Shown: positions 23,617-36,952 of the stretch, piece after piece | How positions within the stretch are numbered: the stretch's first letter is position 1 | Layout: each line of letters begins with the position of its first letter | Assembly (NCBI GenBank): GCA_043228905.1 | Contig: JBHGNT010000007.1 | Span: 18,476,001-18,540,000, forward strand | Reading direction: 5' to 3' | Length of the DNA stretch: 64,000 nucleotides | Source of the DNA: Azolla caroliniana | Lineage: Eukaryota > Plantae > Polypodiophyta | The notes under the pieces: model-generated | What the model saw: only the letters and a program-made list of their open reading frames with translations | What the model was told of the DNA's origin: nothing | Databases searched by the model: none | Translations under genes and position numbers: made by a program

Positions 23617-25815
23617 CTACACAACTGAGCTTAACTTCATGTCAGCACCTTGTGGTATGTAACCATGAGATCTCATTGGACTTTTCAGCTTATCCAGTTT
23701 CACAAAAATATCACCAGTATCTTGATGACTTTGATCATCCACAAGAAAAGTGTGCATCTCCATATCCACTTCAATCCAAGCACCACCAGGCTTCTTCCAT
23801 GCACTAGCACACTTTCTTAAGACTTTCAGTTCCTTGACATCTTCCCACATCTCAGAGTCAGCATACATGTTTGACATAATTACATATCCAGATGCGACAT
23901 TTGGTTCCAATTGCGTAACTTTATCAAAGCATTGGCTTGCTAAATTAATGTCACCATGGGCTCTGCATGCTGCCAACAACGCTGTCCACTCAGTCGTATA
24001 TGGTAAGAGAGGCATAGTTTGGGCAAACTCACCAGCCTCATTTAATATTCCAGCATGACTTAGAAGAATTATCATACTATTATAGTGCTCTAACCTGGGT
24101 TTTATACCATTATCCTTCATGGACTCGAAGCACGAAAGACCCTCCTGAATATCACATGTGTGACTATACGCGGTGAGCAAGCTTGTATAAATTCCATGAT
24201 CTGGCTTTAAGTTCATACTTTGCATCTCTTCAAGGCATTGTTGTGCTAGCATCACATGACCAAACTGAGCATAAGCTGAAATCATTACACTCCAAGACAC
24301 AATATCCCGTTGTCGAAGATGGAGAAAAACCTTCTGGGCCTCATCAAGGCTCCCACATTTTGCATACATGTCAACAATCGCAGCACCAAACCTCATGTCA
24401 GAATCAAAGTCGCCTCTAATGACCTTATCATGAATATGTTTGCCTTGGGCCATGGCACCTGCATTTGCACATGCCTTTAGCAAACACAAAAGCATTGCTT
24501 TGTCTGGGTTCACATTATCCTGGCACATCTTAGAATACAGCCCTAATGCCAGAAGACCATGTCCTTGTTGAACATAACCTGAAATTAATGCTCCCCATGA
24601 AACTATACTGGGATTGGATAACGTATTAAACACTTTTTGTGCATCATCTAAACTACCCAACCTAGCATACATATCAACAAGAGTTGTACCGACAGCCACA
24701 TCGGAGTCAAATCCATCTTCGATGACTTGTACATGAATTATCTGACCTTGATCAAGTGTATGTGTATCATCACAGGATTTCAACAGTGACAAGAACGTAA
24801 TTTTATCTGGTTTTACACCATTGCATTGCATCCGAATAAAAAGATTCAATGCAGGATATCCTAGACCTTGTTGACCATATCCAGTAATAAGTGCATTCCA
24901 TGTTACAACATTCTTAATCGGCATCTTGTCAAACACTTCTTGTGCTTCCGTAAGACAATGACATTTTGAATACATGTCAACCAATGCACTGCCTACAACC
25001 ACATCATGTTCAAGGTGGTTCCTATTGATGTCACCATGAATCTTCCTTCCTTTTTCCAAGTCTTTCAAGCTACTACATGCTCTCAAAACACTTGAAAATG
25101 TAACGATATGTGGCTCGAGGCCCTCTGTTTGCATCTTGTCGAAGATCTCAAGAATGAGATGCCCATGCCCATGCAATGCATACACACTAATCATGGCATT
25201 CCATACAACAACATCGCGGGATGATAGTTGATTGAAAATTATCTCTGAATCAACCAAACTACCACATTTACCATACATATCGATGAGGGCACTTCCAAGA
25301 GTTAAATCTGCTTCAAAATCACAACTCACAATATGGCAATGGAGAATCCGACCCTCATTTAATGCATTTTGATCAGTACATCCTTTCACCATAGCCAATG
25401 ATATAATATGACTACATGACATACCTTCAGATTGCATATTATAATACAGGTCAAAGGCGTGGTTCAGTAATCCAAGCTTCAAATGTGCTGAAATGATAGC
25501 ATGCCATGTATAAGAACTAGGTTCAGAAACATTGCTAAAAGCTAAAGAGGCTTCCAAAAGGCTTCCACACGACGTAAACATGCGGATGCAAGGGTCCATT
25601 AATGCAGAAAGTGAGGAGAATCCACAAAAGGCCAAGAGCTTATGGGCACCTCTACATATAGCCATGTCTTTACTTTGAGAGCATTTCTGCAAGAGAGTGT
25701 ACATATCATTCCTGTAAAAGGGCATACCTCTGTGAACCAGAATCTCTGCCCTGTGCAGAGATGTTGCCATATCCATCCTTTCCTTCTTATCATTGGCACA
25801 GATTTCGTGACTCAC
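23617..25815 (-). CDS. PLS-class PPR protein with E/E+ extension and no DYW domain (candidate organellar RNA-editing factor)
   Basis: Intronless 732-codon ORF with repeated P-L-S motifs (LIDMYGKCG, VVTWNALITGY), E domain (WTALLAACRAHG) and PG box (KKPGGAWIEV), ending GYIPQ...*. The track start is GTG; the first in-frame ATG is about 25776. Confidence 0.93.
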   Translation of the reverse strand: MSHEICANDKKERMDMATSLHRAEILVHRGMPFYRNDMYTLLQKCSQSKDMAICRGAHKLLAFCGFSSLSALMDPCIRMFTSCGSLLEASLAFSNVSEPSSYTWHAIISAHLKLGLLNHAFDLYYNMQSEGMSCSHIISLAMVKGCTDQNALNEGRILHCHIVSCDFEADLTLGSALIDMYGKCGSLVDSEIIFNQLSSRDVVVWNAMISVYALHGHGHLILEIFDKMQTEGLEPHIVTFSSVLRACSSLKDLEKGRKIHGDINRNHLEHDVVVGSALVDMYSKCHCLTEAQEVFDKMPIKNVVTWNALITGYGQQGLGYPALNLFIRMQCNGVKPDKITFLSLLKSCDDTHTLDQGQIIHVQVIEDGFDSDVAVGTTLVDMYARLGSLDDAQKVFNTLSNPSIVSWGALISGYVQQGHGLLALGLYSKMCQDNVNPDKAMLLCLLKACANAGAMAQGKHIHDKVIRGDFDSDMRFGAAIVDMYAKCGSLDEAQKVFLHLRQRDIVSWSVMISAYAQFGHVMLAQQCLEEMQSMNLKPDHGIYTSLLTAYSHTCDIQEGLSCFESMKDNGIKPRLEHYNSMIILLSHAGILNEAGEFAQTMPLLPYTTEWTALLAACRAHGDINLASQCFDKVTQLEPNVASGYVIMSNMYADSEMWEDVKELKVLRKCASAWKKPGGAWIEVDMEMHTFLVDDQSHQDTGDIFVKLDKLKSPMRSHGYIPQGADMKLSSVV

Positions 25816-26215
25816 ATGGGTGGGTTAGCTCTCTGCGAATGAAACCATGCTCTGATGCTCAACATGTAAGGGCAAATTGCAGTTCTGGGTCTGTGCAGAA
25901 TATAGCTCTCATGCTTTCCATGATCGGAGACTATCTATCAGCATGACCGATCTATATCAGAAAACAGAGTGGATACAATAATGCTAGGAAGGAGGTAGCC
26001 ATCCATCCATCCATCCATGTCTCCTCCTTAACAAGTACATAGAACATTTCCTGTAATGAATCCGATAGACGGGAGATCCGGACTCTCGGTATGAATTGTA
26101 GAGACACTGACAAATCGAAACAATGCTTGTTTCCTTACGAGGAGGGTTTGAGATCTTCCCAATCCACACATCTGTTTTTTGTCCACAATCATTGTACACG
26201 TGAAACATCGTAGTG

Positions 26216-26235
26216 TTTAGGGTTTAGGGTTTTAG
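26216..26235 (-). promoter_or_regulatory. Telo-box / short interstitial telomeric repeat upstream of the PPR gene
   Basis: TTTAGGGTTTAGGG(T)TTTAG, read as AAACCCTAAACCCTAAA on the gene strand. It lies just 5' of a probable 5'-UTR intron (~26138-25952). Confidence 0.5.
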
Positions 26236-27972
26236 ACCTGCATTGGTCTCTTCGGTTTCGACTTGCATTGCTCTCTAACACCTTTAAGGGTTTTTGGGTG
26301 TGGATACTTATGGTTGTTGTCCACCAATTTGCATTTCAAATGTGTGGGCATACTCTACATTGAATGCAATGCCGGGATGATCCATCGGTTCAAGTTGTGT
26401 GGCATTGGACATGGACAAGGGGAGCACGTGAACAATGCAAATGGAAAAGTTGTGAGAAGTTTCAACCCCAAATGTGATGTTGTGTAACAGGAGACGAAGA
26501 TACAAGTTTTGCCTTTCCCAATGCATATTTTGCTACTCTAGTCAACTGGTATGACGTCACCTTATGATGCCAAAGCAATTTCGAGATGTGTAATTAGAAA
26601 TAGTGCTTTGTTCTAAGTCAATGGATCAATGTTCTTGATTCCTATATATGACAAGGGAAATCAATTGCATTTATGATCGTTCTCATGCTCTCCACTTTCA
26701 CTCTACAAGACTAGACAAGAAAGAGCTTGCCTTTAATTACTCGACCATTAGGGTTAAATATGTCTCATCGACAAACAATGTTGAAATAGTGTGACAAATA
26801 TAACTTGATGATAGTCTTACATTTCATCCATCTCTGCATTGTAAGCCTTGAGCGGGACTTATTGAGTGATATGCTTGTGTATAACATATGTGGTAGAAAA
26901 TGCATTAGCAAATGCAGATGTTCTTTAACATCTCGGTTTATGGTGCACTTGTTCACAAGTGAATATCAAGAAACTACATGCAATAGTTGTTCACCCTTTC
27001 ACAAATGGTTTTCAAAATGTAAATGTTGAACTCTAGCTTCTTTCTTTTCCAAGCGTCTTAGAGAAGAAAGAAGGCTGAAAGCTTGCAGATTCCATCACAT
27101 TCTGTCACCCATTTACAAGTTCTTGATTAGGTGATGAAAGGACAGCTAATCATTACAACATTTTAGGCTATCATGGACATTTTGGTATTTTTGTAAAGAA
27201 AATGTAACATCAATGCAGTCATACTTACATCACCATACTTGTATTGGTTTTTTCTACAAATTACCCTTTATGTACCATAGCTTCAATCTCACATTAAATG
27301 ACAAATTAATATTCCTCTTAGAAACATAGATCATGGATTGATAGCACGAGATACTGAAATGAACATAATACACCTTAACCACATCTATACATCACGAAAC
27401 TCACAAGTAATTACAAACAGTGAAAATGCCGAATGAATATTGCAGTAATTACAAGCAGTACTTCATTAAATAATTACCTCAACCTCAAAATTGCTTGCAA
27501 GCAAAACGATAACAATTGCTTTCCTAAAACTTTAATTTATTTTCTACCTGTTTGGTGCATCAAAATCAAATAAAATCCCTGAATTCAAGAAAACAACCAA
27601 AATCTAATATATTGTGTGAATCAGATTGTTTTACATTTGAATTCAATATTTAAAACAGCTGTTAAAATGTTAAAAACAGATAGCTGAGATATTTCACTCA
27701 ATGGGGCCCCGGCTGCCATAGAATGCTACAAGGGGAATCTTCACATAGGGACATGTTAGATGAAACACCATTTCAGTATGTGAAACGTCACCCTTTGCAA
27801 TTCAACGGCATTACATATAATATAAAAAGTGAGTCATGCAATTTTCAAAACCAGTATGCCACAAAACTGCGTTTATAGATAGATTCCATATGGCCCAATA
27901 TGATGATGAATAATCTTCACTATAGTGATTTCCATCCGAGCAAAATGTGGATTTCCATGCTAACTTGTTTGT

Positions 27973-30900
27973 TTAAGACACATACTCAAAAGGCTGTGGT
28001 GGTTGAGGCTCGGTTTCCTCTGCTACTATGTTTGGTTGGGCAGCTTGTGTATTTGTAGTAGTACCTGGAGCAGAAGCCGGTGTATCTGTTGAGACTAATA
28101 TTTCTGGCTCTGATGGCTCAAGGTCCTTCAACATAATAAAACCTGAAGGTATGGTCTTCAATGGCACATATCTTGATCCTTCAGGAAACTTGATGTATTT
28201 CTCCTGAGGAGGGACGACACGTGCTGGATTATACAGTGTTTCTCCTGTTGCTTGTTCCATCTCTGGCTTCTTTTCTGCTGAAGAATCAACCTGCCACCAT
28301 ATTTTATCCAGACCATGATTGAGTTCTAACATAAAACACATTCAAACTGCAGAATCATCATGGTAAAACTACCTGGCAATGACTAAAAGATAAAACATAT
28401 GCTGTGAAGTGAGTGCACACAATTAAATCTGGCATGAAAAGGCAGCTTTGGTAAAGACGTAGGATCCCTAATAATGAATTTCGCTAGCTTGTTTCTTAGA
28501 TAACAGTACAATTACAGAATGGAAAATCTCCACAATACTCTTACTTCCCAAACATGAGAATGAAATAGCCCAAATAGCACACATAAATTGTTCTTTCAGG
28601 GGTTGACCAAGGGCATTAAGGAGATAACAAAAACGTTTGAGCATATGGGAATAATGAAAAATTCATTTGGAGTTTCCTCCTATAAAAGCGGCTAGAGACC
28701 AAATCTCCCTCCAACTAATCACTGAATTGAGGCACATCCGCAACCTCACACAGAAAGGTGAGATTGAATGAAAGAACAGATAATAATAGAAGTGTACACA
28801 GGCCAAATATCTCCTGCTATCTACACAGGACACTTATGCCATAATGGACCTACCTCAAGCCTTATAACTCCTCTTTCGGGGATTATTATCCATCATATAT
28901 GTGTGCATACAATACCCAAAATGATAAACATCTAAAAATGGCCAGCCCAACCCGTTGTAACCTAAATTCAATACATACCTGCATTGCATCAGCATCTTTT
29001 ACATCCTCTTTCGTCGTTTTTGAAGTTTTTGAAGCCGCATTTCCTAGAGTTTTAGAACTCTCTTCGTTGGCAGCCTTCTCTGCTGCTTGCTTCAATTCAG
29101 CCTCTTTCCTAGATCTGGTCTTTGCACGTGCCGAAGTGGACAAAACAGCAACAGGAAACTTCATAGCTGTAGCAGTGACAGGAGGTGATGTTGGTGGTGG
29201 ATATCCAAACATAGATGGCTTAGCATCAGAATTGAACGCAAACTTAGGCATATTCAGATCAAGATTCAGCCCAATAAAGGCAGTTGGTGAAAATGAAAGG
29301 CTTGCAAAATATATCAGCGGGTGCCAATACCAATACTGGCTAAAAACAGCCATGCCAACAACTGCAGTTATCCGATCATGTTTCGTCCTTGACTGTAAAG
29401 CAATTGTTACATTGCGACCACCAGCATCCAGAAGTCCAGTGGCCAAAATTGCACCCATCTTACTCATTGTGTCTTCATGCTTGTCCAAAATGATCTTCTC
29501 TAATTGGCGCCTACAATTAATATCACAAATGATGCCAATAGAACAAAGAAAAAAATAAATAAACAGTGTATCTAACAGCTTGCCCATTTAAAATCACCAA
29601 CCTGAAACTTCCAACACGAGGTTCACGTGCATCTGTCGTCTGGACAAGCACCATTGCCATAGCAATGAGGGCCCCTTGTCTGACAAAATCAACCACATCT
29701 GATGTGAGGGGTTCCAGCAAAGCAATAGCTTCAGCCGATGCTGTCCCAGCACATGAAATTCCCACAGCTAGTGCTGCTCCATATCTAACATGAGGGTTAT
29801 ACGACTCTGAGAGCAATGATACAACTCGTGGTGTCTGTACAACAGATATAATGAAAACATGACTCAGAAGCAGAGACATTAACAATTCAACTTAAGAGCT
29901 GCCTTTGACGATTCTCACCTGCTCTGGTTCAGAGTAAAGAACAAACCCAAGTGCTAAGACTGCAGCTCTACGAACATCATTGCTGACATCAGAAACCGCA
30001 AAATGCAGGAGACGTCGAATGGCTTTGTTGTTGGCTGTGCCTCTGTAAGCTAGAGCCAGGGCATACATCCCCCCATAGCGTAGAATTGGATCTTGATCTC
30101 TTGTCATCTGTTCAATGAGTGTATCTGCTTCCTCTTCTCTACCATACACTATGAGGGCTACACCCAATGCCAAACCTCTGGAAGCAAACATCGACACTGA
30201 CTAAATCTAAGAGTAACATAGCTAACACATATACCTCAGAAAAGCACCTTGACTCACCTGATGATCTTCTCATGCTGAGTATCATGTGCATATGCAAGCA
30301 TCTCGCTGGCTTTCTCACTTCCTGTCCCAACCATAAGTAGCCCCATGCTTATGCCAGCCGCCTCACCAGCTACAGCATTATCAGTGTAAAGCACACTTCT
30401 AACATCATTATATATATCCTCATCTGCTGTCCCAAGAGCAGCAAGAGCCAACCCTAGACAAGCTCCGTGTTGAATAACCTGAAAACAGCTAAGATTAAGG
30501 ACAGACAGGAGGGTTGGAAAAAGTATAACTATATTTTAAACGCCTCACATACTTCGTCATTAGTGTTCCTCAGGCTATCAATTAGAAACTGTTTAATCCC
30601 TTCTCCATGATTGGCATGTATCAACCCAAGGGCATACAATGCACCTCCTTCTGAGTATGGACTACCTCCACTTGTCGCCCCATTTTGAGGTAAATATGGA
30701 GCCATAAGTGATCGCCCTTGTTGAAGATGGCCTCTGTGTATAACGCCTAGACCAGCAGTGGCACTAAATTTTGCCCAATTTGTGGCACGGCTTAACCAAT
30801 CCTGTCAACCCCATAAACTGATGATGTGAGCATCCTTGCGAAACAGCATTATCAAATAGGTTGTGCTGTATTGCACAAATACAATCAGCTAATACCGTTG

Positions 30901-33900
30901 TTAGTCAAGCATTTCTGAGTATAACTCACCAAATTTTCTCGCAAAAATGTGTCTACAGTTGTTCCAGCATGCATAAGTGCATTGGCATAGATGGTCGCAC
31001 TATGGCAGACACTGTTCCTTAATTCTATCGATTGCTTTATAGTCTTCAAGATTAAAATATCAGATCTGCATTTAGAAACAGCAATTAGAAACCCCACAGT
31101 TAAAAAGCATTTGGGATACTTGCTACTTGATTACCTGTTATGGCCATACAAAAACTGCAGAGTTAAATGAATAGGAGTTTCTCCAGAGAGAATTTTTTTT
31201 AGCTTTGTGAGACGCCCTGCATATTTCACAGATTCTTCATCGTGACTAGTGGTGTTCTCATGACGTGTGGCATCAATTTCTCCAGAAGCCTGGTGTGTAT
31301 CATCTGTCATATCCATCGAAGTAGTAATGTGTTCTGGGATCGAGTTACCATCCTCAGATGCTTGGACAGTATTGGTAGCTACTTGTGGAACCTCAGGAGG
31401 GTTTGGGATCCTGGGTTCAGGAAGCATATCTCTAATCCTCAAGAGAAAGGGTTGCCTCTCATTTTCATACAAATCAAATGCCACTTGAAAACCTAGTAAT
31501 GCATCATCCTGACAGCAGTATGCAAATGTAAATAACTAGCCTTATTATAACATGAAATAAAGATGATCCACGTAAGAGTGAAAGACAACCTTGTCTCCTT
31601 TCAGAAGTATCTCAAGAATAGATGCAACAGTCCCAGGATCATCGAGAAACATGAGACATTGGCTGATACTTAGATAATCAGGTGATTCCAGACTCCGGTA
31701 AATCCGTACTAAAAGCTGAAGAACCTGCAAATAGAATTATAAAAAGAGAATCTATCAATCTGATAAGCATTAAATTTGAGTGTATAAAAAATAGATGTAC
31801 CTCGTGGCGATATTCTCTCCTGTTAACAAATGATTGAGAGATGTTCATGCAATATGTCAGCATTCCCATGACATTATCACTTCTCAAGATACACTCCTCT
31901 AGCTTATCTAATCTTCGACATTCCAGGGTGATACCAAGCGCTTGCTGGAATTTTCCATCGATTATACATCTACAAATATGAGTATGGTTAGGCATGTTTC
32001 ATTATCAGCATGGATAAGCTTGCAAAGGAATCAACATGGATCATTCACAAAGAAGATAACAAACATACTTCTCAAGCATGCGTTCCACGATTGCTTCAAG
32101 TCTTGGATCTACAACTATTGATGAGTCATTGGATTCTGCAGCTCTAGTCCTCAAAGCAGCATACTCATCAATTGCCTTAGCTAAAAGAGAATATACAAAG
32201 AAAGTATTAAATTCAACTTCCAGATCATAAAACTAACAATTTGAAAATCGAACTTACCGAGAAGAGTGTGAGCATATTCTGAATCCTCAGAAACATCAAA
32301 CAAGCTCTCAGCCCGTAAAGCATACAGAAGTGAATCATTGGGCTCACCAAGGTAATAGAAAACCTGGAACAAGATCCAAGGGGCACAAAATTTTTTGAAT
32401 GGATTGATAGCAGAGATGCAAGTTTAATTTTAAAAATAAGTTAAGCCTCTACCTTTGATGCAACCAGTGCTGCTAATTGTCTTTGATGAAAGGTCTCATC
32501 TTCATACAGGCTCTCCCTGCAAAAACGTGGACAAGCTATTTACACGATTTTTCTTTTATTGTTGCTGCAAATATATGAGTATAGCATCCAAAACTGAAAG
32601 GACTTTTAGGAATTTGCACTTCTTATGTACAAGCATACAGATAAGGATTGTAATATCTACAGTCAATTACAAATATCTCATCATGTTCAACATGACAATG
32701 ACAAAGATGAGTTATTACATAGATATATAGATTTCATTATCATCCTCGAAGGTCAAATATGACTTATGAGACCAAAAGTGAGTTATGCTGTTAGTATTAT
32801 GATAATGCCTCATCATAACAAGCTCAGATCTCGGATTTAAACAAAAGTGTTGTTGACACAAGGATTGACTATATGTGAACCCCCGTTCTACCTAACTGAA
32901 CTAAAAGTACTTCTCCACCACCGACTAGGGTTTTTCTTTAGGAGAGTAAGGGTGGTATATGTATGTCTCTAAAAATAGGATTCCTAAAACCCGATACTGC
33001 ACACGAACTACAGCCTGCCTCATATTGGTCACAGACAGCCATTATGGATCAGAAAAAAACATTAAATGCATTAGATGTTCAATCATTAAAAGAATATTTA
33101 CCCTTGTTCCCATAAGGAAATTATGATGATAATTTCCTACCCAAAGACTGGCATAATGTCGTAAGCTAGTTGTTTTAGATGTTCAATCATTAAAAGAACA
33201 TTTACCCTTGTTCCTATAAGGAAATTATGATGATAATTTCCTCCCCAAAGACTGGCATAATGTCGTAATGCTAGTTGTGTTAGATGTTCAGCTGTTGTAA
33301 GTCTCCTAATACATGGGAAATCCCACATCAGAGGTTTATCGCAGGACATCATAACACGCAGTATGAATGATTCAGGAATCTCGGATTTCAGGTAAATGTT
33401 AGCACAGCTAACTTCCATCTTACTGTTCATAATGAAAGGTTTGTGGGTCATGTGTCATAAGTTGCAAAATAAATGTGTCGGATATTTCAAATGTTCCAGA
33501 TACTATTATACATGGGAAGCATCATGACAGCATCTGACATAAGATGTCATAACACCTAATGTCGTAGATCTTTGGGATTTGCAGGTAACTTTTAAATAAA
33601 GGAGATTTCATGGGAATTTTCCATCTGTAATAATGCCATAATACCAAATATGTTAGATGTTCAGGCATGGCAAATTACAAGTCAGGAATATTTCTGTACT
33701 GATTTTGGCATGTTTCCACTTAATTTTTGCCAACTTAATATCTTAAATTTTGCCAACTTATTCTCTTTAAGTGGAAACTTATTCTCTTAAATTTTGCCAA
33801 CTTTTTGTTGTATCTTATTCTCTTTCCCTCTATATGTTTCAAATTGGGAAGTACAACAATTGGGCTTCTCGTCTCATATAAGAGTTTTAATGGAAGAAAT

Positions 33901-34758
33901 CATAAGACAACATGGATTTAATCACAAATTATCAACAATCTCATGAGAATAAACATCCCACGTTAAAGTTTTGATATGAGACATCTTGAAAGCATGTTGT
34001 GATGCATAAAAAAACTTCATCTTGACACAGAAATGCTTAAAATTCTCAGAATATAAACTGATCTTTATTAAAACCGATAGCAAAAGACATGAGAGGTTAG
34101 ATGCAAGAAAGCATTTGAAAAATGCGTCCTTCAATTGCAAATACTCAAATTTGCCAAAATGACAGAAAATGAAAAGAGAGTTTTCACAGCATCTTTATGA
34201 AATTATTTTTAAAATCATCCTTCCATGGCAAATGGTAAACAATCTCAAACTCAAAACCCAAATAATTTTCCAACATAGCAGGAACGAAAAGATCTGGAAC
34301 AAAGCACCACGGAAAGATCTGTGGCAAATCTAAAAATTAATAGAATTGGAAGTTAAAGAAAAATAAAGAAAAACGGGGAGAATCAAAGAAATGCAGAAGA
34401 TGGGGAAAACGAAGCATGACAAAGAGAAAGAAATATATATAAAGAAACACGGTGGAGCAAACAGGTTCAGGTTCGGACAGAAGGCCATTCGTTTTAGGAG
34501 GATTGGAAAAACTAACGGAATTCAGACAAAGACAAAAACAAAGAAAGATATAGAAACACGGGGAAGTGCATTTTTATTTTTTCTTGTTAGGAGGGGAGAA
34601 GAGAAGACTTACAAGCTAGATATGTCTGTGGAGATTTCAGGCCAGAAGTGATCGACGAAGATGTTGATGTTGGTGAGGGCATGGAGCTTGAGGAGGGGGT
34701 GAGGCTCCTGGAGCAGAGAAAGGAGGCCACTGGCAGTAGAGACGAGGGCAGTGGACAT
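27973..34758 (-). CDS. RPN2: 26S proteasome regulatory subunit RPN2 (PSMD1 homolog), ~14 coding exons
   Basis: Approximate exons: 34758-34613, 32516-32453, 32363-32258, 32179-32070, 31969-31801, 31724-31590, 31509-31135, 31066-30930, 30801-30553, 30478-30257, 30176-29919, 29835-29602, 29510-28979, 28291-27973. Motifs: [92 protein letters not shown]. Confidence 0.95.
33071..33290. repeat. ~105-bp tandem duplication in RPN2 intron 1
   Basis: TTAGATGTTCAATCATTAAAAGAA... at 33071 and 33175, with a partial third copy at 33280. More degenerate motifs continue to ~33665. Confidence 0.85.
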
Positions 34759-35699
34759 AGCTTCTCTCTGCGGCTGTGGGAGGTGGGAGTGTGTCGAAGC
34801 TTCTGGGTCTCCTGTGAGTGCGAGTGTGCGTTTTCGTTTCCTTTCTGCAGGGATCTTCTCTGATATGTCTGTAACTTGCTTCGAAGAAGAAGAAGAAGAA
34901 CCAGAAGAAGAAAGAAGAAAGAAGAAAGAAGAAGAAAAAGGACAGAAAGAGAAGTAAAATGGTGGAAACAATAAAGATTTGAGAAATTACGGAAATAGCC
35001 CCCCCACCCTTCCAAACAAAATATGTACACATAAATCTATGTGTCTCATCTACTACCTAACACATCATAAAGAGACTTGTCTGCCTGCTTGCTTGCCTGG
35101 GCGAGGGAGGGAATCGTGGCCACTGGTAGATAGTACATGGCGCTTGCAATTTGCACCGTCGGATCTTTATCCCGAATAAGAGCGCCATCATTAAATCTGA
35201 TTCTTGGCACCCGAGTAGCTCGACCATTCAAAATCCCAGTTGTCTAGCTCAAATTAGTAGCCCGACTTTGACACTCTGTAGTCGCCCAACTCATTTTCGT
35301 AGCCCGTCTCTCTCACTCTAGTAGCCTGGCTCATACGTGGAGCCTGACTCATGGGGAGCCCGACTCAATGTAGTATATTGACTCGTGGGGGAAACCTGAT
35401 TCAAAGAAGTAGCTTGACTCGTGGGGAAGCCCCACTTAACGATGTAGCATGACTCATGGGGAAGCCTGACTTATAATGACATTCAACTAAAACCCTAATG
35501 TTTGTCATTTATCTCACTTTTTCGTAACGACAACCGGGGTTTTAGGAGGGAAGAAGCCATCACCACCTACACTTGCACCTACATTTGCATCGTTGCTTGC
35601 TAAGTTGGGAAACATGTATTTTATTTGTCTCTACCTTTGTTTGCTATTTTTAGTCAGATTTTGTGAAAGTTTTTGAATGTTTGGATATGGATGTTTGCA

Positions 35700-36952
35700 C
35701 CCTTTCCGACTTTTTCGGATCCTTCGGCGTAGTGCAACCACTGTCGATTTCCTTGTTTGGTCCGTCTGGATTCGGATCCGGTTTTCTCCGAATCGGCATG
35801 CTTCTTCTAGCACTCGCGCTCCTTGTGACCTTTCTTGCCACAATACCAGCATTATGCAGCGTGTTTCCCTTGTCGGTTCTCGTCGCCTCCTCGAGTCTCC
35901 CTGCTTCCGGAATTGCTAGCGGCATCACCACGATGCCTTCTTCCTTGCTCTCGTCGGCCACCTTCATTGCGCGTTGACTCGCCTCGTCCGTCACGACCAC
36001 GGGGCCTATCTCCCTCTGTGTACAACATCTTATTGTCGGTGTGCGTACTCGTTGATGCACCTGCGTGAGGCTCCTCTACAAGGAGCATCAACTGCAAGTC
36101 GAAAAATGACAACGTATTCTCCCTTGTACAAACAACAGTTTGGAATGCACTGAACTTCGACGCCAATCCTTGGAGGCAGATCTGCATCATTTCTCCCTCC
36201 TCAACGTTCACATCGATGGAGTTGAGGGAGTCGTAGATATCCTTTATCTTGGAGGTGTAGTCAGCCACCGTCATGTCGCATTGACGCACATTGCTCAACT
36301 CCTGTCGGAGTTGGAGCTTCCTGGTTGTGGTGCTTGCGGCGAAAATATTTTTTAGATTTCCCCAAGCATCCTTTGGTGTTCTTGCATCTCGAATGTAGCT
36401 CAAGAGCTATTCGCTCACACAGGACACGAAGCAGTAGAGAACTCTGCTCGCCGATTGTTCCCAGACTGGAAAGGCTCTATGTGTCGATTCGGGTGTTGCA
36501 TCATTCGCTCCATCGACATAGCTCCAGTATCCATGTCCGAGCAAGTATGGTGCATCTTGTACGACCAAGATGCGTAGTTACTTCTGTTGAGCTTCTTAGT
36601 TGGAAGCGAACTAGCCATTCCTCTATCCATTTTTTCCTTTCTGTTCTTCACTGAGATTAGGTTTTTTTTGTGTGTGTTAAAGCTTAAGTCGGTTGCAGAG
36701 GTTCTCAACCCTTGCCCTCTGATACCATGTGAAATGTTACGTGCTGAAGCTATATGAAACACAGAATACCAAAAGGGAAAAACAGGTTTAATGGAGAGCT
36801 TAAGACATGATGTAGGCGGGAGAGACAGAGAGGGAATTAACACACAGAAAAAACTAAATTCAAATAATGTGTAAACTCTGTACATAGGATGTGCTCAAAG
36901 ACCACTTTTATACAAGTCCATACGAACTGACAGCAGTACTGACACGTAATTC
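35700..36952 (-). mobile_element. Truncated Ty1/Copia retrotransposon (5' LTR, PBS, gag only)
   Basis: tRNA-iMet PBS TGGTATCAGAG at 36727-36717, gag start MASSLPTKKLNRSNYASWSYKM, UBN2-like region (KDAWGNLKNIFAA...KLQLRQELSNVRQ) and zinc knuckle CWYCGKKGHKEREC*. No pol. The outer LTR boundary is uncertain. Confidence 0.8.

Noticed and set aside
28899-29793. Plus-strand ORFs of 219 and 75 aa
   Set aside because: Antisense shadows of RPN2 exons.
32258-32363. Unusual residues in RPN2 exon 3 (GEPND, ALRAES) suggesting pseudogenisation
   Set aside because: The frame and splice sites are intact and I saw no stop or frameshift, so ordinary divergence is sufficient.
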